A stretch of DNA of 64,000 nucleotides from Planctomycetota bacterium (lineage in GTDB: Bacteria > Planctomycetota > B15-G4 > JADJEK01), in contig JBGAIQ010000014.1 of NCBI GenBank assembly GCA_044225365.1, forward strand, positions 80,122-144,121, in the 5' to 3' direction. Of the stretch, positions 22,036 to 32,010 are shown one piece after another. Position 1 is the first letter of the stretch, and every line of letters begins with the position of its first letter. Both the position numbers and the translations under genes were made by a program. Below the pieces are notes generated by a model. The model had not been told where the DNA came from. It ran no database searches and saw only the letters and a list, made by a program, of their open reading frames with translations.

Positions 22036-22055
22036 GAGGATCTCCGAGTGTGGAT

Positions 22056-22874
22056 TCAGCGTAGCGCACCCTCGAGCGCAGTTGCAGCATCGGTCTTCTC
22101 GTCGCGGTACTTCACGATGCAGGGCGCCGCGAGCAGGAGACCATTCTGCTTCGCGTAGTCGCCCTTCGCAGGGCGCGCGCCCGGGACGACGACGGCGCCC
22201 TCCGGGACCTCGCGTACGAACTCGCGACCGTTCACGAGATCGTAGATCACGCTCGATCCCGTGAGGACGACGCCGCCCGCGAGCACGGCTCGACGCCGGA
22301 CGATCACCCCCTCGAACACTCCAGAGAGTGCGCCGATGAAGGCGTCGTCCTCGACGATCACGGGCCGCGCACCGATCGGTTCGATGACGCCGCCGAGCTG
22401 TGCCGCGGCCGAGAGATGAACGCGCTTCCCGACCTGCGCGCAGCTCCCGACGAGCGCGTGGCTGTCGACCATCGAGCCCTCGTCGACGAACGAACCGACG
22501 TTGACGTAGGCGGGCGGCATCACGACGACGCCCTTTGCGAGGTACGCGCCACGCCGCACCGCACTGCCGCCCGGGACGAGCCTGACGCCATCGTCGAGCG
22601 TGAAGCGTCGCGGCGGATAGGCCGTCTTGTCGATCGCCGGGGCGCCAAAGCCCTCGACTGGAGCGAGGCCGGTTCGTTTGAAGCCGGCGAGGATCGCCGC
22701 CTTCACCCATGTGTTCGGGACCCACGAGCCATCGCTCTCACGGACCGCACTGCGCACGCGCCCGTGCTCCAGCGCATCGAGGAGCGCCTCGTGCATCGCC
22801 GCCGCTTTGGAATCGCCGACGACCGAATCGATCGGCCGCGAATAGAACTCTCGTAACGTCTCGACCTCGATCAT
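22056..22874 (-). CDS. dapD: 2,3,4,5-tetrahydropyridine-2,6-dicarboxylate N-succinyltransferase
   Basis: WVKAAILAGF, VPGGSAVRRGA, VNVGSFVDEGSMVDSHALVGSCAQVGK, GGVIEP; ATG at 22874. Confidence 0.95.
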   Translation of the reverse strand: MIEVETLREFYSRPIDSVVGDSKAAAMHEALLDALEHGRVRSAVRESDGSWVPNTWVKAAILAGFKRTGLAPVEGFGAPAIDKTAYPPRRFTLDDGVRLVPGGSAVRRGAYLAKGVVVMPPAYVNVGSFVDEGSMVDSHALVGSCAQVGKRVHLSAAAQLGGVIEPIGARPVIVEDDAFIGALSGVFEGVIVRRRAVLAGGVVLTGSSVIYDLVNGREFVREVPEGAVVVPGARPAKGDYAKQNGLLLAAPCIVKYRDEKTDAATALEGALR

Positions 22875-22886
22875 CGGTCTCTCTTT

Positions 22887-22981
22887 GGGACCGCCGGGCT
22901 CCAGCCCGGCTCCGGATGGATGCTGTGCTGGATTAGGGTGTCGTGTCGCAAGAGAAGAGCCGGGCTGGAGCCCGGCGCTCC
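22887..22981. repeat. REP-like inverted doublet (REPIN-like) inside the dap operon
   Basis: CGCCGGGCTCCAGCCCGGCTC at 22892-22912 and its exact reverse complement at 22957-22977; each unit is itself palindromic and preceded by GGAC or GGAG. Confidence 0.75.
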
Positions 22982-22999
22982 TTGAAGAAATCACTCGCG

Positions 23000-23896
23000 T
23001 CAATTCAACGTGCGCAGGATCTCGGCGAGGCGCTGCTTCGTCGTGGGCTCCGCGGGCGTGAGCGGCAGGCGGACCACATCGGTGCAGATCCCGAGGATCT
23101 CGAGTGCAGCCTTCAACGGGATCGGATTGCTCTCGATGAAGAGTGCGTCCATGAGCGGCAGGAGGCGATGATGCATCGCGCGAGCACGCGCGACGTCGCC
23201 TTCGCGAGAGGCCGAGATCAGCTCCGTCATCTCCTTCGGCACGGCGTTGCCGATCACCGAGATCAGCCCGACTCCACCGAGCGCGATCGTCGCGAGCGCG
23301 AAGTTGTCGTCGCCCGAGAGCAGTTGCTTGCCCTTCGGCAGCGTGCGCGCGATCTCGCCGATCTGCGCGAGGTTGCCCGACGACTCCTTCAGCGCCACGA
23401 CGGCCGGGTTGTACCAGAGCTTCTCGAGCGTCTTCGGCAGGAGGTTCTGGCCCGTGCGACCGGGGACGTTGTACGCGATGAGCGGGAGTTCTGGTGCAGC
23501 CTCGGCGATCGCCGCGAAGTGCGCGAGGATGCCGGCCGGCATCGGCTTGTTGTAGTAGGGAGTGACGACGAGAGCGCCCGCGGCGCCGAGATCGCGTGCA
23601 CGGCGCGTCCAGATCGCGGCCTGCCGCGTCGAATTGTGACCCGTGCCGACGATCACGTTCGCCTTCTTCGTCCCGGCGCGCGCTTCGTCGAGACACGCGT
23701 TGATGAGCTGATCGCGCTCCACTTCGGTGATGGTCGCGGCCTCGCCGGTCGATCCGAGCACGACCACGTTCGACGCGCCGCCATCGACGACGTGGCGGAT
23801 CAGCTTCCGGAACGAGACGAGATCGATGTCCTCGTTCTTCAAGAACGGCGTTGCGAGCGCGACGGTGAGTCCCGAGAAGTCGAAGCTACGAGTCAT
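23000..23896 (-). CDS. dapA: 4-hydroxy-tetrahydrodipicolinate synthase
   Basis: ALATPF, GSTGE, VTPYYNKP, YNVPGRTG, LKESSG, SGDD, ESNPIPLK. Confidence 0.97.
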   Translation of the reverse strand: MTRSFDFSGLTVALATPFLKNEDIDLVSFRKLIRHVVDGGASNVVVLGSTGEAATITEVERDQLINACLDEARAGTKKANVIVGTGHNSTRQAAIWTRRARDLGAAGALVVTPYYNKPMPAGILAHFAAIAEAAPELPLIAYNVPGRTGQNLLPKTLEKLWYNPAVVALKESSGNLAQIGEIARTLPKGKQLLSGDDNFALATIALGGVGLISVIGNAVPKEMTELISASREGDVARARAMHHRLLPLMDALFIESNPIPLKAALEILGICTDVVRLPLTPAEPTTKQRLAEILRTLN

Positions 23897-24645
23897 GATT
23901 CTTGTCCCTCGATGTTCTTGAACAGCGGAGCGATGCGATGGCGAGCGACGTCGTCCATCGTGAATACGCCCTTCTTGCCCTCGATGAAGCGTGCGGCCTC
24001 GAGCGCGCCTTCTGCGTACGGCCGCGCGCTGCGAGCATGGTGATGGATCTCGACGACCTCGCCGGGCGAATCGACGCCGACGACGTGACTCGAATACGTG
24101 AATCCGGCGCGCACGGACGCCACCGACAACTGATGGGGAGCGACGGCACCGCCGATCGCGGGGATCGTCCATTCGGTCTTGCGCGGGCAACCCTGCTGCA
24201 CGATCGCCGCGAGCTTCGCGGCCGTCCCCGACGGCGCGTCCTTCTTGCGAGCGTGATGATGCTCGATGATGTAGGGATCGCGGTCCTCGGCCTGCGCAGC
24301 GAAGCGCGCGAGCACGAGAGTGAACCGCGAATACAAAGCGACCGTGAGCGAGAAGTTCGGCGCCACGACGACGCCGATGCGATCGCCGACCCGATCCTTC
24401 AGATCCGGCAACGACCATCCCGTCGAGCCGATGAGCAGGTTCGCACGATGTTCGAGGGCCCAATCGACGCGCTGGGCCACGACCGAACCGCTGCTCGCAT
24501 CGATCGCGACGTCGACGCGTTGTTCGCTCGCTCCGCCCGGCGGTCCGTCACGGCCGACCTGCCAGGCGACGTTCACGCCCGCGCTTCGCATCACGTCGCC
24601 GATCGCGGAACCGAGGCGCCCGCGCCCGAAGATGCCGACTCTCAT
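23893..24645 (-). CDS. dapB: 4-hydroxy-tetrahydrodipicolinate reductase
   Basis: GRGRLG, GSTGW, APNFS, EHHHARKKDAPSGTA. Confidence 0.95.
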   Translation of the reverse strand: MRVGIFGRGRLGSAIGDVMRSAGVNVAWQVGRDGPPGGASEQRVDVAIDASSGSVVAQRVDWALEHRANLLIGSTGWSLPDLKDRVGDRIGVVVAPNFSLTVALYSRFTLVLARFAAQAEDRDPYIIEHHHARKKDAPSGTAAKLAAIVQQGCPRKTEWTIPAIGGAVAPHQLSVASVRAGFTYSSHVVGVDSPGEVVEIHHHARSARPYAEGALEAARFIEGKKGVFTMDDVARHRIAPLFKNIEGQES

Positions 24646-26033
24646 GACCTGACCTCCGCAGTCTTGCGCTCATCCAGATCGCGCTCGATGAGCGCGCGGT
24701 GCAGCCGTCGCACGACTTCCTTCTCGATCTTCTGCTCGACGACGAGACTGAGGTTGATCTCGTTCGCCCCCATCGAGATGAGCTCGACGTTGAGGTCGGC
24801 GAGCGCTTCGAACACGCGAGCGCAGACGCCGGGCGTCTGCCGCAATCGCTCCCCTACGACCGATACGATCGATCGCGAGTCGCTGACCTTGAGCGTCGCG
24901 AACGACGAGATCTCGTCGGACAAAGCCGCGAGCGGCGCGTCCTGCTCGACCGTGAGCGAAACGCTCACCTCGGCCGTGGCGACGATGTCGACCGAAACGC
25001 GTCGGCGTGCGAACACGTCGAAGAGTCGCGACAGGAAGCCGCTCTGATTGAGCATGCGCGGCGAGGCGACGGTGAGCACCGTGATCGGTCCGCGACTCGC
25101 GATCGCGGCGACGGGTCGCCCCGACGCCGCCTCCGCCGTGATCGTCGTGAAGCTGCCGTTCGGTCGCTGCGTGTGTCGCACGGTGACCGGGATGCGTGCG
25201 TCGACCGCAGGTTGGATCGTCGCGGGATGGAGGACCTTCGCGCCGAACGCCGCGAGCTCACCCGCTTCGGCCGACGACAGCACGCGAATGGGCTGCGCCT
25301 CGGGCACGATGCGCGGATCCGCCGTCATCACGCCTTCGACATCGGTCCAGATCTGCACCTCGCTGGCATCGACCGCGGCGCCGAGCAGCGAAGCGGAGAA
25401 GTCGGAGCCGCCACGCCCGAGCGTCGTCGTCTCGCCGCTCTCGGTGGCGCCGATGTAGCCCTGCATGACGACGGCGCGCCCCGCGGCGAGGCGCGGCATC
25501 ACCGCCACTCGCGCGCGCTCCTTGATCTTCTCCGGCTTGGGGGCCGCGGATCCAAACGCGTCATCCGTCACGACGACGGAGCGCGAATCGACCAAGTCGT
25601 TTGCGATGCCGTCGCTCTCGAGGAACCGCGAGAAGATGAGCGACGAGAACCGCTCGCCGAGGCTCACGACCGAATCGGTGAAACGGGCATCGAACGCGCG
25701 CTTCCTCGCGATGTTCTCGATGCCGGCATCGAGCTCCGCGATGAGCGCCTTCATTCCGCGATCGAGCGACTCGGGGATCTGGCCGCCGAAGAGCTCCGCG
25801 ATGCACACTCGATGGCGCTCCTCGAGCCGCCTGCGAATGTCGGACACGGCTCCCGGATCGCCGGCACTCGCGACCCTCGTGATCGCGAACAACTCGTCGG
25901 TGACCTTCGCCATCGCGGATAGCACGACGACGGGAGAACGGGGCAACGCCTCGCGCACCACCGACGCGACCTGGCGCATGCAGCCGGCGTCGCCGACCGA
26001 GGTGCCGCCGAACTTCATCACGAGCGCCTTCAC
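24642..26033 (-). CDS. lysC: Aspartate kinase (two ACT domains)
   Basis: MKFGGTSVG, TTLGRGGSDFSA, IWTDVEGVMTADPR, FGAKVLHP. Confidence 0.96.
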   Translation of the reverse strand: MKALVMKFGGTSVGDAGCMRQVASVVREALPRSPVVVLSAMAKVTDELFAITRVASAGDPGAVSDIRRRLEERHRVCIAELFGGQIPESLDRGMKALIAELDAGIENIARKRAFDARFTDSVVSLGERFSSLIFSRFLESDGIANDLVDSRSVVVTDDAFGSAAPKPEKIKERARVAVMPRLAAGRAVVMQGYIGATESGETTTLGRGGSDFSASLLGAAVDASEVQIWTDVEGVMTADPRIVPEAQPIRVLSSAEAGELAAFGAKVLHPATIQPAVDARIPVTVRHTQRPNGSFTTITAEAASGRPVAAIASRGPITVLTVASPRMLNQSGFLSRLFDVFARRRVSVDIVATAEVSVSLTVEQDAPLAALSDEISSFATLKVSDSRSIVSVVGERLRQTPGVCARVFEALADLNVELISMGANEINLSLVVEQKIEKEVVRRLHRALIERDLDERKTAEVRS

Positions 26034-27094
26034 GAAGAGCCTCCGAGCCGCATCATCAATTCCGCGTTGAGGACCGAGGCGCCCGCCGCGCCGCGCTCCG
26101 CGTTGTGACCGAGCAGGCTGAACTTGATCCCGAGGACGGGGCAGGTCCGGATCCGCCCGACGTGCACCATCATGCCACTTTCGGTCTCCGCATCACGCCG
26201 CGGTTGTGGTCGATCGGCGGCCTCGTGCACGAAGATCGCGCGGCTCGGCGCGGAGGGCAGGCCCTCGGTCGAGGCCGGACGCCATTCCGTGAAGGCGCGC
26301 TTCACGTCGCTGGGCGAGGGATCGCCCTTCAAGCTCACGCTCACGGCTTCGGTATGACCGTCGAGGACGGGCACGCGATGGCAGAGCGCCGAGACCATGA
26401 GCTTGGCCGGCTCGATGGCGCTGCCGAGCAGCCTTCCCAACATCTTCGGCACCTCCTCCGCGACCTTGTCCTCCTCGTCCCGGATGAAGGGGACGACGTT
26501 GCCGAGGATGTCGAGGCTCGCGACGCCGGGATATCCCGCACCCGACGTCGCCTGCATCGACGTCATGATCACGGCTTCGATGCCGAAAGCGTGCTGGAGC
26601 GGCGCGAGGGCCACGGTGAGCATCGTCGCCGTGCAGTTCGGATTGCACACGATCCCGCCCTTCCAGCCGCGACGCTCGTGCTGCACGTCGAGGAGCGCGA
26701 GGTGGGCCGCATTCACTTCCGGAATCAGCAAGGGCACGTCGGGCGCCATGCGAAACGACGACGCGTTGGAGAACACGAGCGCGCCGGCCTCCGCGAACGC
26801 CGGCTCGATCTCCTTCGCCGCCGCCGAATCGAGCGCGCTGAACGCGAAGTCCGCCATCGCGTGGGTGGGATCGCACGGCAGGACGATCTTGTCGCCGAGC
26901 CCTCCGTACGGTTCGCCGTCGAGGCGCCAATCGCAGGCCCGATCGTAGGGCAAGCCCGCGCTCTTCTCCGACGCCGCGAGGTGCTGGATCTCGAACCACG
27001 GGTGATTCGCGAGGCGGCGCACGAAGCGCTGGCCCACGACGCCGGTGGCACCAAGAACGGTGACGGGGAGCTTCTGAAGGGACTCTCGGCTCAT
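26030..27094 (-). CDS. asd: Aspartate-semialdehyde dehydrogenase (archaeal/fungal-like subtype)
   Basis: LGATGVVGQRF, NPNCT, SGAGYPGV, GNVVPFIRDEEDK, RVPVLDGH, HNAERGAAG. Confidence 0.96.
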   Translation of the reverse strand: MSRESLQKLPVTVLGATGVVGQRFVRRLANHPWFEIQHLAASEKSAGLPYDRACDWRLDGEPYGGLGDKIVLPCDPTHAMADFAFSALDSAAAKEIEPAFAEAGALVFSNASSFRMAPDVPLLIPEVNAAHLALLDVQHERRGWKGGIVCNPNCTATMLTVALAPLQHAFGIEAVIMTSMQATSGAGYPGVASLDILGNVVPFIRDEEDKVAEEVPKMLGRLLGSAIEPAKLMVSALCHRVPVLDGHTEAVSVSLKGDPSPSDVKRAFTEWRPASTEGLPSAPSRAIFVHEAADRPQPRRDAETESGMMVHVGRIRTCPVLGIKFSLLGHNAERGAAGASVLNAELMMRLGGSS

Positions 27095-28161
27095 GATGAT
27101 GGAACGCCTGAATGGCTTGACGAAAGGAAGTACTCGCCGAGCGCGACGAGTCGGTCGATGCCGACCTCGAGCTCGCGAAGATCGATGTGCTCGTTGGAGG
27201 TGTGCGCGACGTCGATGCTGCCCGGACCCACGAGCACGACGACGCCCCCTTTCGCGAGGTGACGCAAGCGCGGCGCATCGGAGCCGAAGGGCACCGGCTT
27301 CCTCGCATGGCCCGGGATCGCGGGGAATCGGTCGAACGTGGTCTCGTGGAAGACTTCGCAGCGCCCCGAGCGCGGCGCGAGACGCTTCACCCGCGCGGAG
27401 AACTCCGAGCCGGGAACGGTCCGGGCCATGATCTTCGCTTCGGCGTGAGCCGGGATCACGTTCAGCGCGCCGCCGCCCTGGATGAATCCGACGTTGAAGA
27501 CTTCAGGCCCGAGCTCGGCGTCGACGGGCGAGCCTTCGGCGCGGAGTCGAGCGATCCAGTCGATGAGATCGAGGATCGCCGAGCGACCTTTCTCGGGACG
27601 CCCCGAATGCGCCGGTATGCCATCGCACTGGAGACGCATCTGCACGATGCCGCGCTGACCCGTCGCGAGTTCGTTGTCGGTCGGCTCGCCATCGATCACC
27701 GCCACGAGCGACGGCAGCTTCTTGGAGAGTTCTCTCGCCTTCTGCGCGCCGATGCTGTCGGTCTCTTCGCCGATGACTCCGAGCCAGGCGATGTCGTGGT
27801 GCCCACTTTCGAGCAATCGCCGAATCGCCGCGAACTGCGCGACCATCTGCCCCTTGGCATCGCACGCCCCACGCGCGTGGACGAAATCACCTTCGAGCCG
27901 CGGGGCAAACCACGTCGGAACGGTGTCGAGGTGCGTGCTGAACAGCACCTTCGCGCTTCGAGGGTCGGCGAAAGTGGCGAGCACGTTGTTGCGTCCGGGC
28001 GCGACTTCCTGCAGCTCGACGTCGGCGCCAAGATCCCGCAGAAGGGAGAGCAGCGTGGGGAGTCCGGCATCCTCGCGGCCGGTGGTCGTATCGTCCCGGC
28101 ACAGAGCGAGGAGTTGCTCCGCGAGATCACTGCGAGAAGGGGTCGTTCCACGCGCGGCCAT
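27091..28161 (-). CDS. M20 metallo-amidohydrolase (ArgE/DapE family), probable succinyl-DAP desuccinylase
   Basis: STHLDTVP, RGACDAKG, GEETDS, GEPT, AHSG, GPGSIDVAHT; ATG 28161 with GAGG SD. Confidence 0.88.
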   Translation of the reverse strand: MAARGTTPSRSDLAEQLLALCRDDTTTGREDAGLPTLLSLLRDLGADVELQEVAPGRNNVLATFADPRSAKVLFSTHLDTVPTWFAPRLEGDFVHARGACDAKGQMVAQFAAIRRLLESGHHDIAWLGVIGEETDSIGAQKARELSKKLPSLVAVIDGEPTDNELATGQRGIVQMRLQCDGIPAHSGRPEKGRSAILDLIDWIARLRAEGSPVDAELGPEVFNVGFIQGGGALNVIPAHAEAKIMARTVPGSEFSARVKRLAPRSGRCEVFHETTFDRFPAIPGHARKPVPFGSDAPRLRHLAKGGVVVLVGPGSIDVAHTSNEHIDLRELEVGIDRLVALGEYFLSSSHSGVPSS

Positions 28162-28190
28162 CGGCACCTCGTTAGAGATGAAGGGTGCCG
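28162..28190 (-). promoter_or_regulatory. SD-sequestering hairpin (riboswitch expression platform)
   Basis: Minus strand CGGCACC-CTTCATCTCTAACGA-GGTGCCG-ATG: 7-bp stem covers the 3' part of the GAGGT SD and reaches the start codon. Confidence 0.6.
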
Positions 28191-28243
28191 CGACGAAAGC
28201 GCCGAGTCCCGCACCGCCAGCGCGAGGCTCATCGCAATTCCAT

Positions 28244-28428
28244 CCGCTGGCACTTCGCGACCACGACGTAGCGGCGCGACAGCCGCCGGGTGTTAGCCCG
28301 AGCGTCCAAGAGGGCCGCGGACGTGCGCGACACTCCTTCGGCGATCCTCCCCTTTCACGCGGTGTCGTCGGCCCCGTCGGCCTCGACCGCGTTACAGCGG
28401 CTCATGGGGATCGCTCCTCCAAATCGGT
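28244..28428 (-). ncRNA. Lysine riboswitch (L-box)
   Basis: Minus strand has the L-box landmarks in order: GAGGAGCG-ATCCCC-ATGAG ... GAAAGG-GGAGGAT-CGCCGAAG ... TTGG ... GCTGTC-GCG ... CGCG-AAGTGC-CA; about 185 nt; directly upstream of a lysC/dap operon. Confidence 0.85.
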
Positions 28429-28587
28429 AGGCGCACGATAACCGGAACGTAGGACGTGAATCAACCGCGGGAATGCGAACTACTGGGATTCGCTGCGACG
28501 CAGGTCTTCGAAACGGCGCGAGCACGCGTCCCGGGCGAGGCCGGAACGCGTGCTCCTCCAATTCTGCTTTCCTCGGGCGCTAGGAGT

Positions 28588-30447
28588 TCAGAACTCCGTA
28601 TCCGCGCCGTCCGATCCCATGCTCGGGGAGGGCGGAGTGAACTCCGCTTCGGGACTGGAGAACGCCTCCGACTCGACGGGCGCGGCCACTTCGGTTGCGG
28701 CCTCCGCGCGCTCCCCCAGCTTGAAGCGAGCGACGAGCTTGCGGAGGGTCTCGGCCTGTCCCAGCAGTGATTGCGCGGTCGACGAGAGTTCCTCGGTCTG
28801 AGCCGCGTTGGATTGAACGACCTTGTCCATCTGCGCCGTCGCGACGTTCACTTCCTCGACTCCCGACGATTGCTCGCGGGACGACGCCGCGATCTCGCCG
28901 ATCAGGGAATTCACGGTCTGGAAGGACGTGAGGATCTCTCCGAGGGACTCGCCGGACCGCGTCACGTAGCTCGCGCCGGTCTCGACTCGAGCGACCGAGT
29001 CACCGATGAGCTCCTTGATCTCCTTGGCCGCGACCGCGCTCCGCTGGGCGAGCGCTCGCACCTCCGACGCCACGACGGCGAACCCTCGACCCTGATCGCC
29101 GGCGCGCGCCGCTTCGACGGCCGCGTTGAGCGCGAGCAGATTCGTCTGGAATGCGATCTCGTCGATCGTCGTGATGATCTCGGCGATGCGACGCGAGGAC
29201 TTGCTGATCTCCTCCATCGCGGCGATCGCGTCGTGCATCACTTTCCCACCGGTCTCCGCGGCTCTCGACGATTCCGTCGTCATGTCGCTCGCTCGCTGCG
29301 CGTTCTCCGCGTTCTTTCGAGCCGTGACGGTGATCTCCTCGAGCGACGCTGCCGTTTCTTCCAAGGAGGCTGCCTGAGTTTGCGATCCGCGAGCGAGTTG
29401 ATCCGTGGCCCTTGCGAGTTCCGACGACGCGTCGGCAGTACTCGTCGATGCCGCCGAGACGGCGCTCAGAGTGGACTGAAGCTTGTCGAGTGCCCGGTCG
29501 AGCGAATGGGACATCTGGCCCACCTCGTCCCGGGAAGCGACACCGACCCGAACCGTGAGATCTCCTTCCGCGACTTCCGACAGGACGGATGCGGCGCGTC
29601 CCAGCGGTCGACTTACGAGGACCTTCATGAGCAGGGTCAGCAGCGCCAGGATGCCCACGAGAATGAACCCGCCGATCACGGCTGCGCGGGTCGTCGCGGC
29701 GTCGACTCTTGCCTCGGTGGGGCCGAGATCACAGATGACTTCGAAAGCGCCGTGCATGTCGCCGACACGTTCGTTCTCCATCCGAAAGCCGAGCGGGTCG
29801 AGACCGTCGCCGTTGCTGTCGTCGGCGGACGTCCCGTGGCACATCATGCAGTTCGGGCTGAGCTTCAGCGGACGAACCACGTGCAGGGTATTCGTCGCTT
29901 CATCGACTCGCGTCAGCGACTCCCCCTTCGTTCGCATCAACTCGTCGATCAGACCGCGGGTGAATGGGTCGGGTTCGTTCGCCGGATTGCGCGCCCCGAT
30001 TCGAGGAGTCTTGAAGACATACCCCGCTTCTTCGGCTCGCGCCTGAGCGATTCGCCATGCAGCGACGACCGGGATCGTCTGATACATCGGACTGTGGCGG
30101 ATGACGTCCATCTTCCCCGCGGCGGGAGCGGTGGCGATCTCTGACTGCAGCTTGGCCAGCATCTCCTCGCTCTTGAAGATCGAGGAGTCGTCCTGAAGAT
30201 CGGAGAAATACTCCATCGAACTCTGGGCCTGCTCCGCGACGGCGTGGGCTTTGCCCTCCAGATCGGTGAATGCCTCCGTACTGATGCCTTGGCGGAGGCA
30301 GTACGTGCTCACGCCGAAACTGATCAGGAATCCGATACCGACGACGAGGAGGATCTTCGTCGCGAGCCCAAGTCCATTCGCGTTCGTCGCCATGAATCGA
30401 TTCCGGTCGAGTTGCAGGGTTGGGGCGGGACGAGCCGCCGTCGTCAT
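28588..30447 (-). CDS. Methyl-accepting chemotaxis protein with DUF3365-like heme c sensor domain
   Basis: Two TMs; periplasmic [16 protein letters not shown] and CMMCH; HAMP; [20 protein letters not shown] hairpin. Confidence 0.93.
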   Translation of the reverse strand: MTTAARPAPTLQLDRNRFMATNANGLGLATKILLVVGIGFLISFGVSTYCLRQGISTEAFTDLEGKAHAVAEQAQSSMEYFSDLQDDSSIFKSEEMLAKLQSEIATAPAAGKMDVIRHSPMYQTIPVVAAWRIAQARAEEAGYVFKTPRIGARNPANEPDPFTRGLIDELMRTKGESLTRVDEATNTLHVVRPLKLSPNCMMCHGTSADDSNGDGLDPLGFRMENERVGDMHGAFEVICDLGPTEARVDAATTRAAVIGGFILVGILALLTLLMKVLVSRPLGRAASVLSEVAEGDLTVRVGVASRDEVGQMSHSLDRALDKLQSTLSAVSAASTSTADASSELARATDQLARGSQTQAASLEETAASLEEITVTARKNAENAQRASDMTTESSRAAETGGKVMHDAIAAMEEISKSSRRIAEIITTIDEIAFQTNLLALNAAVEAARAGDQGRGFAVVASEVRALAQRSAVAAKEIKELIGDSVARVETGASYVTRSGESLGEILTSFQTVNSLIGEIAASSREQSSGVEEVNVATAQMDKVVQSNAAQTEELSSTAQSLLGQAETLRKLVARFKLGERAEAATEVAAPVESEAFSSPEAEFTPPSPSMGSDGADTEF

Positions 30448-30462
30448 CGCGGATCGGCTGGC

Positions 30463-32010
30463 TCAGCTTTGGGTGCCGCTCAATCGGAACTTCTTCAGTT
30501 CCGTGAGCAAGCCCGCGGCCTGGCCCGCGAGGTTGCGCGACGTCTGCATCGCTCGATCGGTTCCGGAGTGGGACTCCTGGACGACGCGATCGATCTCGTT
30601 CATCGCGTCTCGGACCTGACCCATCGCGCTCGACTGTTCGCCGGTGGCATTGCTGATGTCGGCGACGATCGACGCCATCGACTGGATCGATTCGACGATC
30701 CGGTGGAGGCTCTCCCCGGAGTGGCGAACGAGACTGCTGCCGTTCTCGATCTTCGCGACCGAGTCACCGATGAGCTTCTTCACTTCCTGAGCCGCGTTCG
30801 CGCTACGCTGCGCGAGCGACTGGACCTCACTCGCGACGACGGCGAAGCCACGACCCTGATCGCCGGCGCGCGCCGCCTCGACGGCGGCATTGAGGGCGAG
30901 CAGATTGGTCTGGAACGCGATTTCGTCGATCGTCGTGATGATCTCGCGGATCTGCTTCGACGCCACCTCGATCTCCTGCATCGACTTGACGGCATCGTCG
31001 GTGATCCGACCGCCTTCGTCGGCAAGGTGAGAGGTCTTGTCCGCGAGTTCCTTCGCGCGAGCCGCATGATCGGCCGTGCTCTGGATCGTGGAGGTGATCT
31101 CGGTCACCGACGCGACGGTCTGTTCGAGGCTCGCGGCCTGGCTCTGCGCGCCGTTCGCGAGACTCGAGATGCTCTGCGAGAGATTGCGGGCGCCGGCGTC
31201 GACCTGCTCGGACGACTTGCGGCAGCTCAGGAACGCGTTCTGGATGCGAACGAGGCAGGCGTTGAACCATCGGCCCGCCGTTCCCAGTTCGTCGCCTTCG
31301 TGTTCGTCGACGCGCTGCGTCAGGTCGCCGTCGCCCTGCGCGATCTCACGCAAGCGCTCGATCATCTTGTTGAGCGGGGTCACGATGCTGTGCGTGATCC
31401 ACCAGCCGCCGACGAGGAGGATCGAGAGGATCGCGACACCGAGCCACAGGATGTCGCGCTGTGCCGTCGCACTCGTCGCCACGGCCATCTTGCTCTCTTC
31501 GTCGGCGAACTTCTCGAGCTGTTCGCTGATCGCCTCGAGCTTGCCTTCGAGCATGGCGAACGTCTTCAGGAAGTCGGCGCGCATCGTCATCGCGTTCTTG
31601 CGGTCCTTCGCGCAGGTCTCGACGACCTTGCGTGCGACTGCCGCGTATTCGTCGACCGCGGGCCTGACTTCGACGAACGCCCGGGTGAGTTCCGGCGAGA
31701 GAGTCGAAGCGGAGAGCTTGGCGATCGTCTCGCTGATCTCCCGGCCATCCGTTTCCACGGCGTCCTTGGCGTCGGCGAGTTCGGCATCGTTCTCGGAGAG
31801 GAGGGCCTGGAAGACGTCGGCGCGGATCGCATCATGGCTCATATCGGCGGCCATGTGCTGTTGGATCGTATCCGCAACGGTGTTCGTCAATTCGAGCGAC
31901 GCGGCGAGCGAGTCGATCCTCGACTTCGAGCCGAATCCGAGCGTCGCGACGAGCGCGAAGGTGGCGCCACAGAGCCAGGTCAGACGGGCGCGAACGGAAA
32001 GACGAATCAT
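30463..32010 (-). CDS. Methyl-accepting chemotaxis protein (helical ligand domain + HAMP)
   Basis: Two TMs, ADMSHDAIRADV helical sensor, GDLTQRV HAMP, conserved MCP signalling hairpin. Confidence 0.93.
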   Translation of the reverse strand: MIRLSVRARLTWLCGATFALVATLGFGSKSRIDSLAASLELTNTVADTIQQHMAADMSHDAIRADVFQALLSENDAELADAKDAVETDGREISETIAKLSASTLSPELTRAFVEVRPAVDEYAAVARKVVETCAKDRKNAMTMRADFLKTFAMLEGKLEAISEQLEKFADEESKMAVATSATAQRDILWLGVAILSILLVGGWWITHSIVTPLNKMIERLREIAQGDGDLTQRVDEHEGDELGTAGRWFNACLVRIQNAFLSCRKSSEQVDAGARNLSQSISSLANGAQSQAASLEQTVASVTEITSTIQSTADHAARAKELADKTSHLADEGGRITDDAVKSMQEIEVASKQIREIITTIDEIAFQTNLLALNAAVEAARAGDQGRGFAVVASEVQSLAQRSANAAQEVKKLIGDSVAKIENGSSLVRHSGESLHRIVESIQSMASIVADISNATGEQSSAMGQVRDAMNEIDRVVQESHSGTDRAMQTSRNLAGQAAGLLTELKKFRLSGTQS

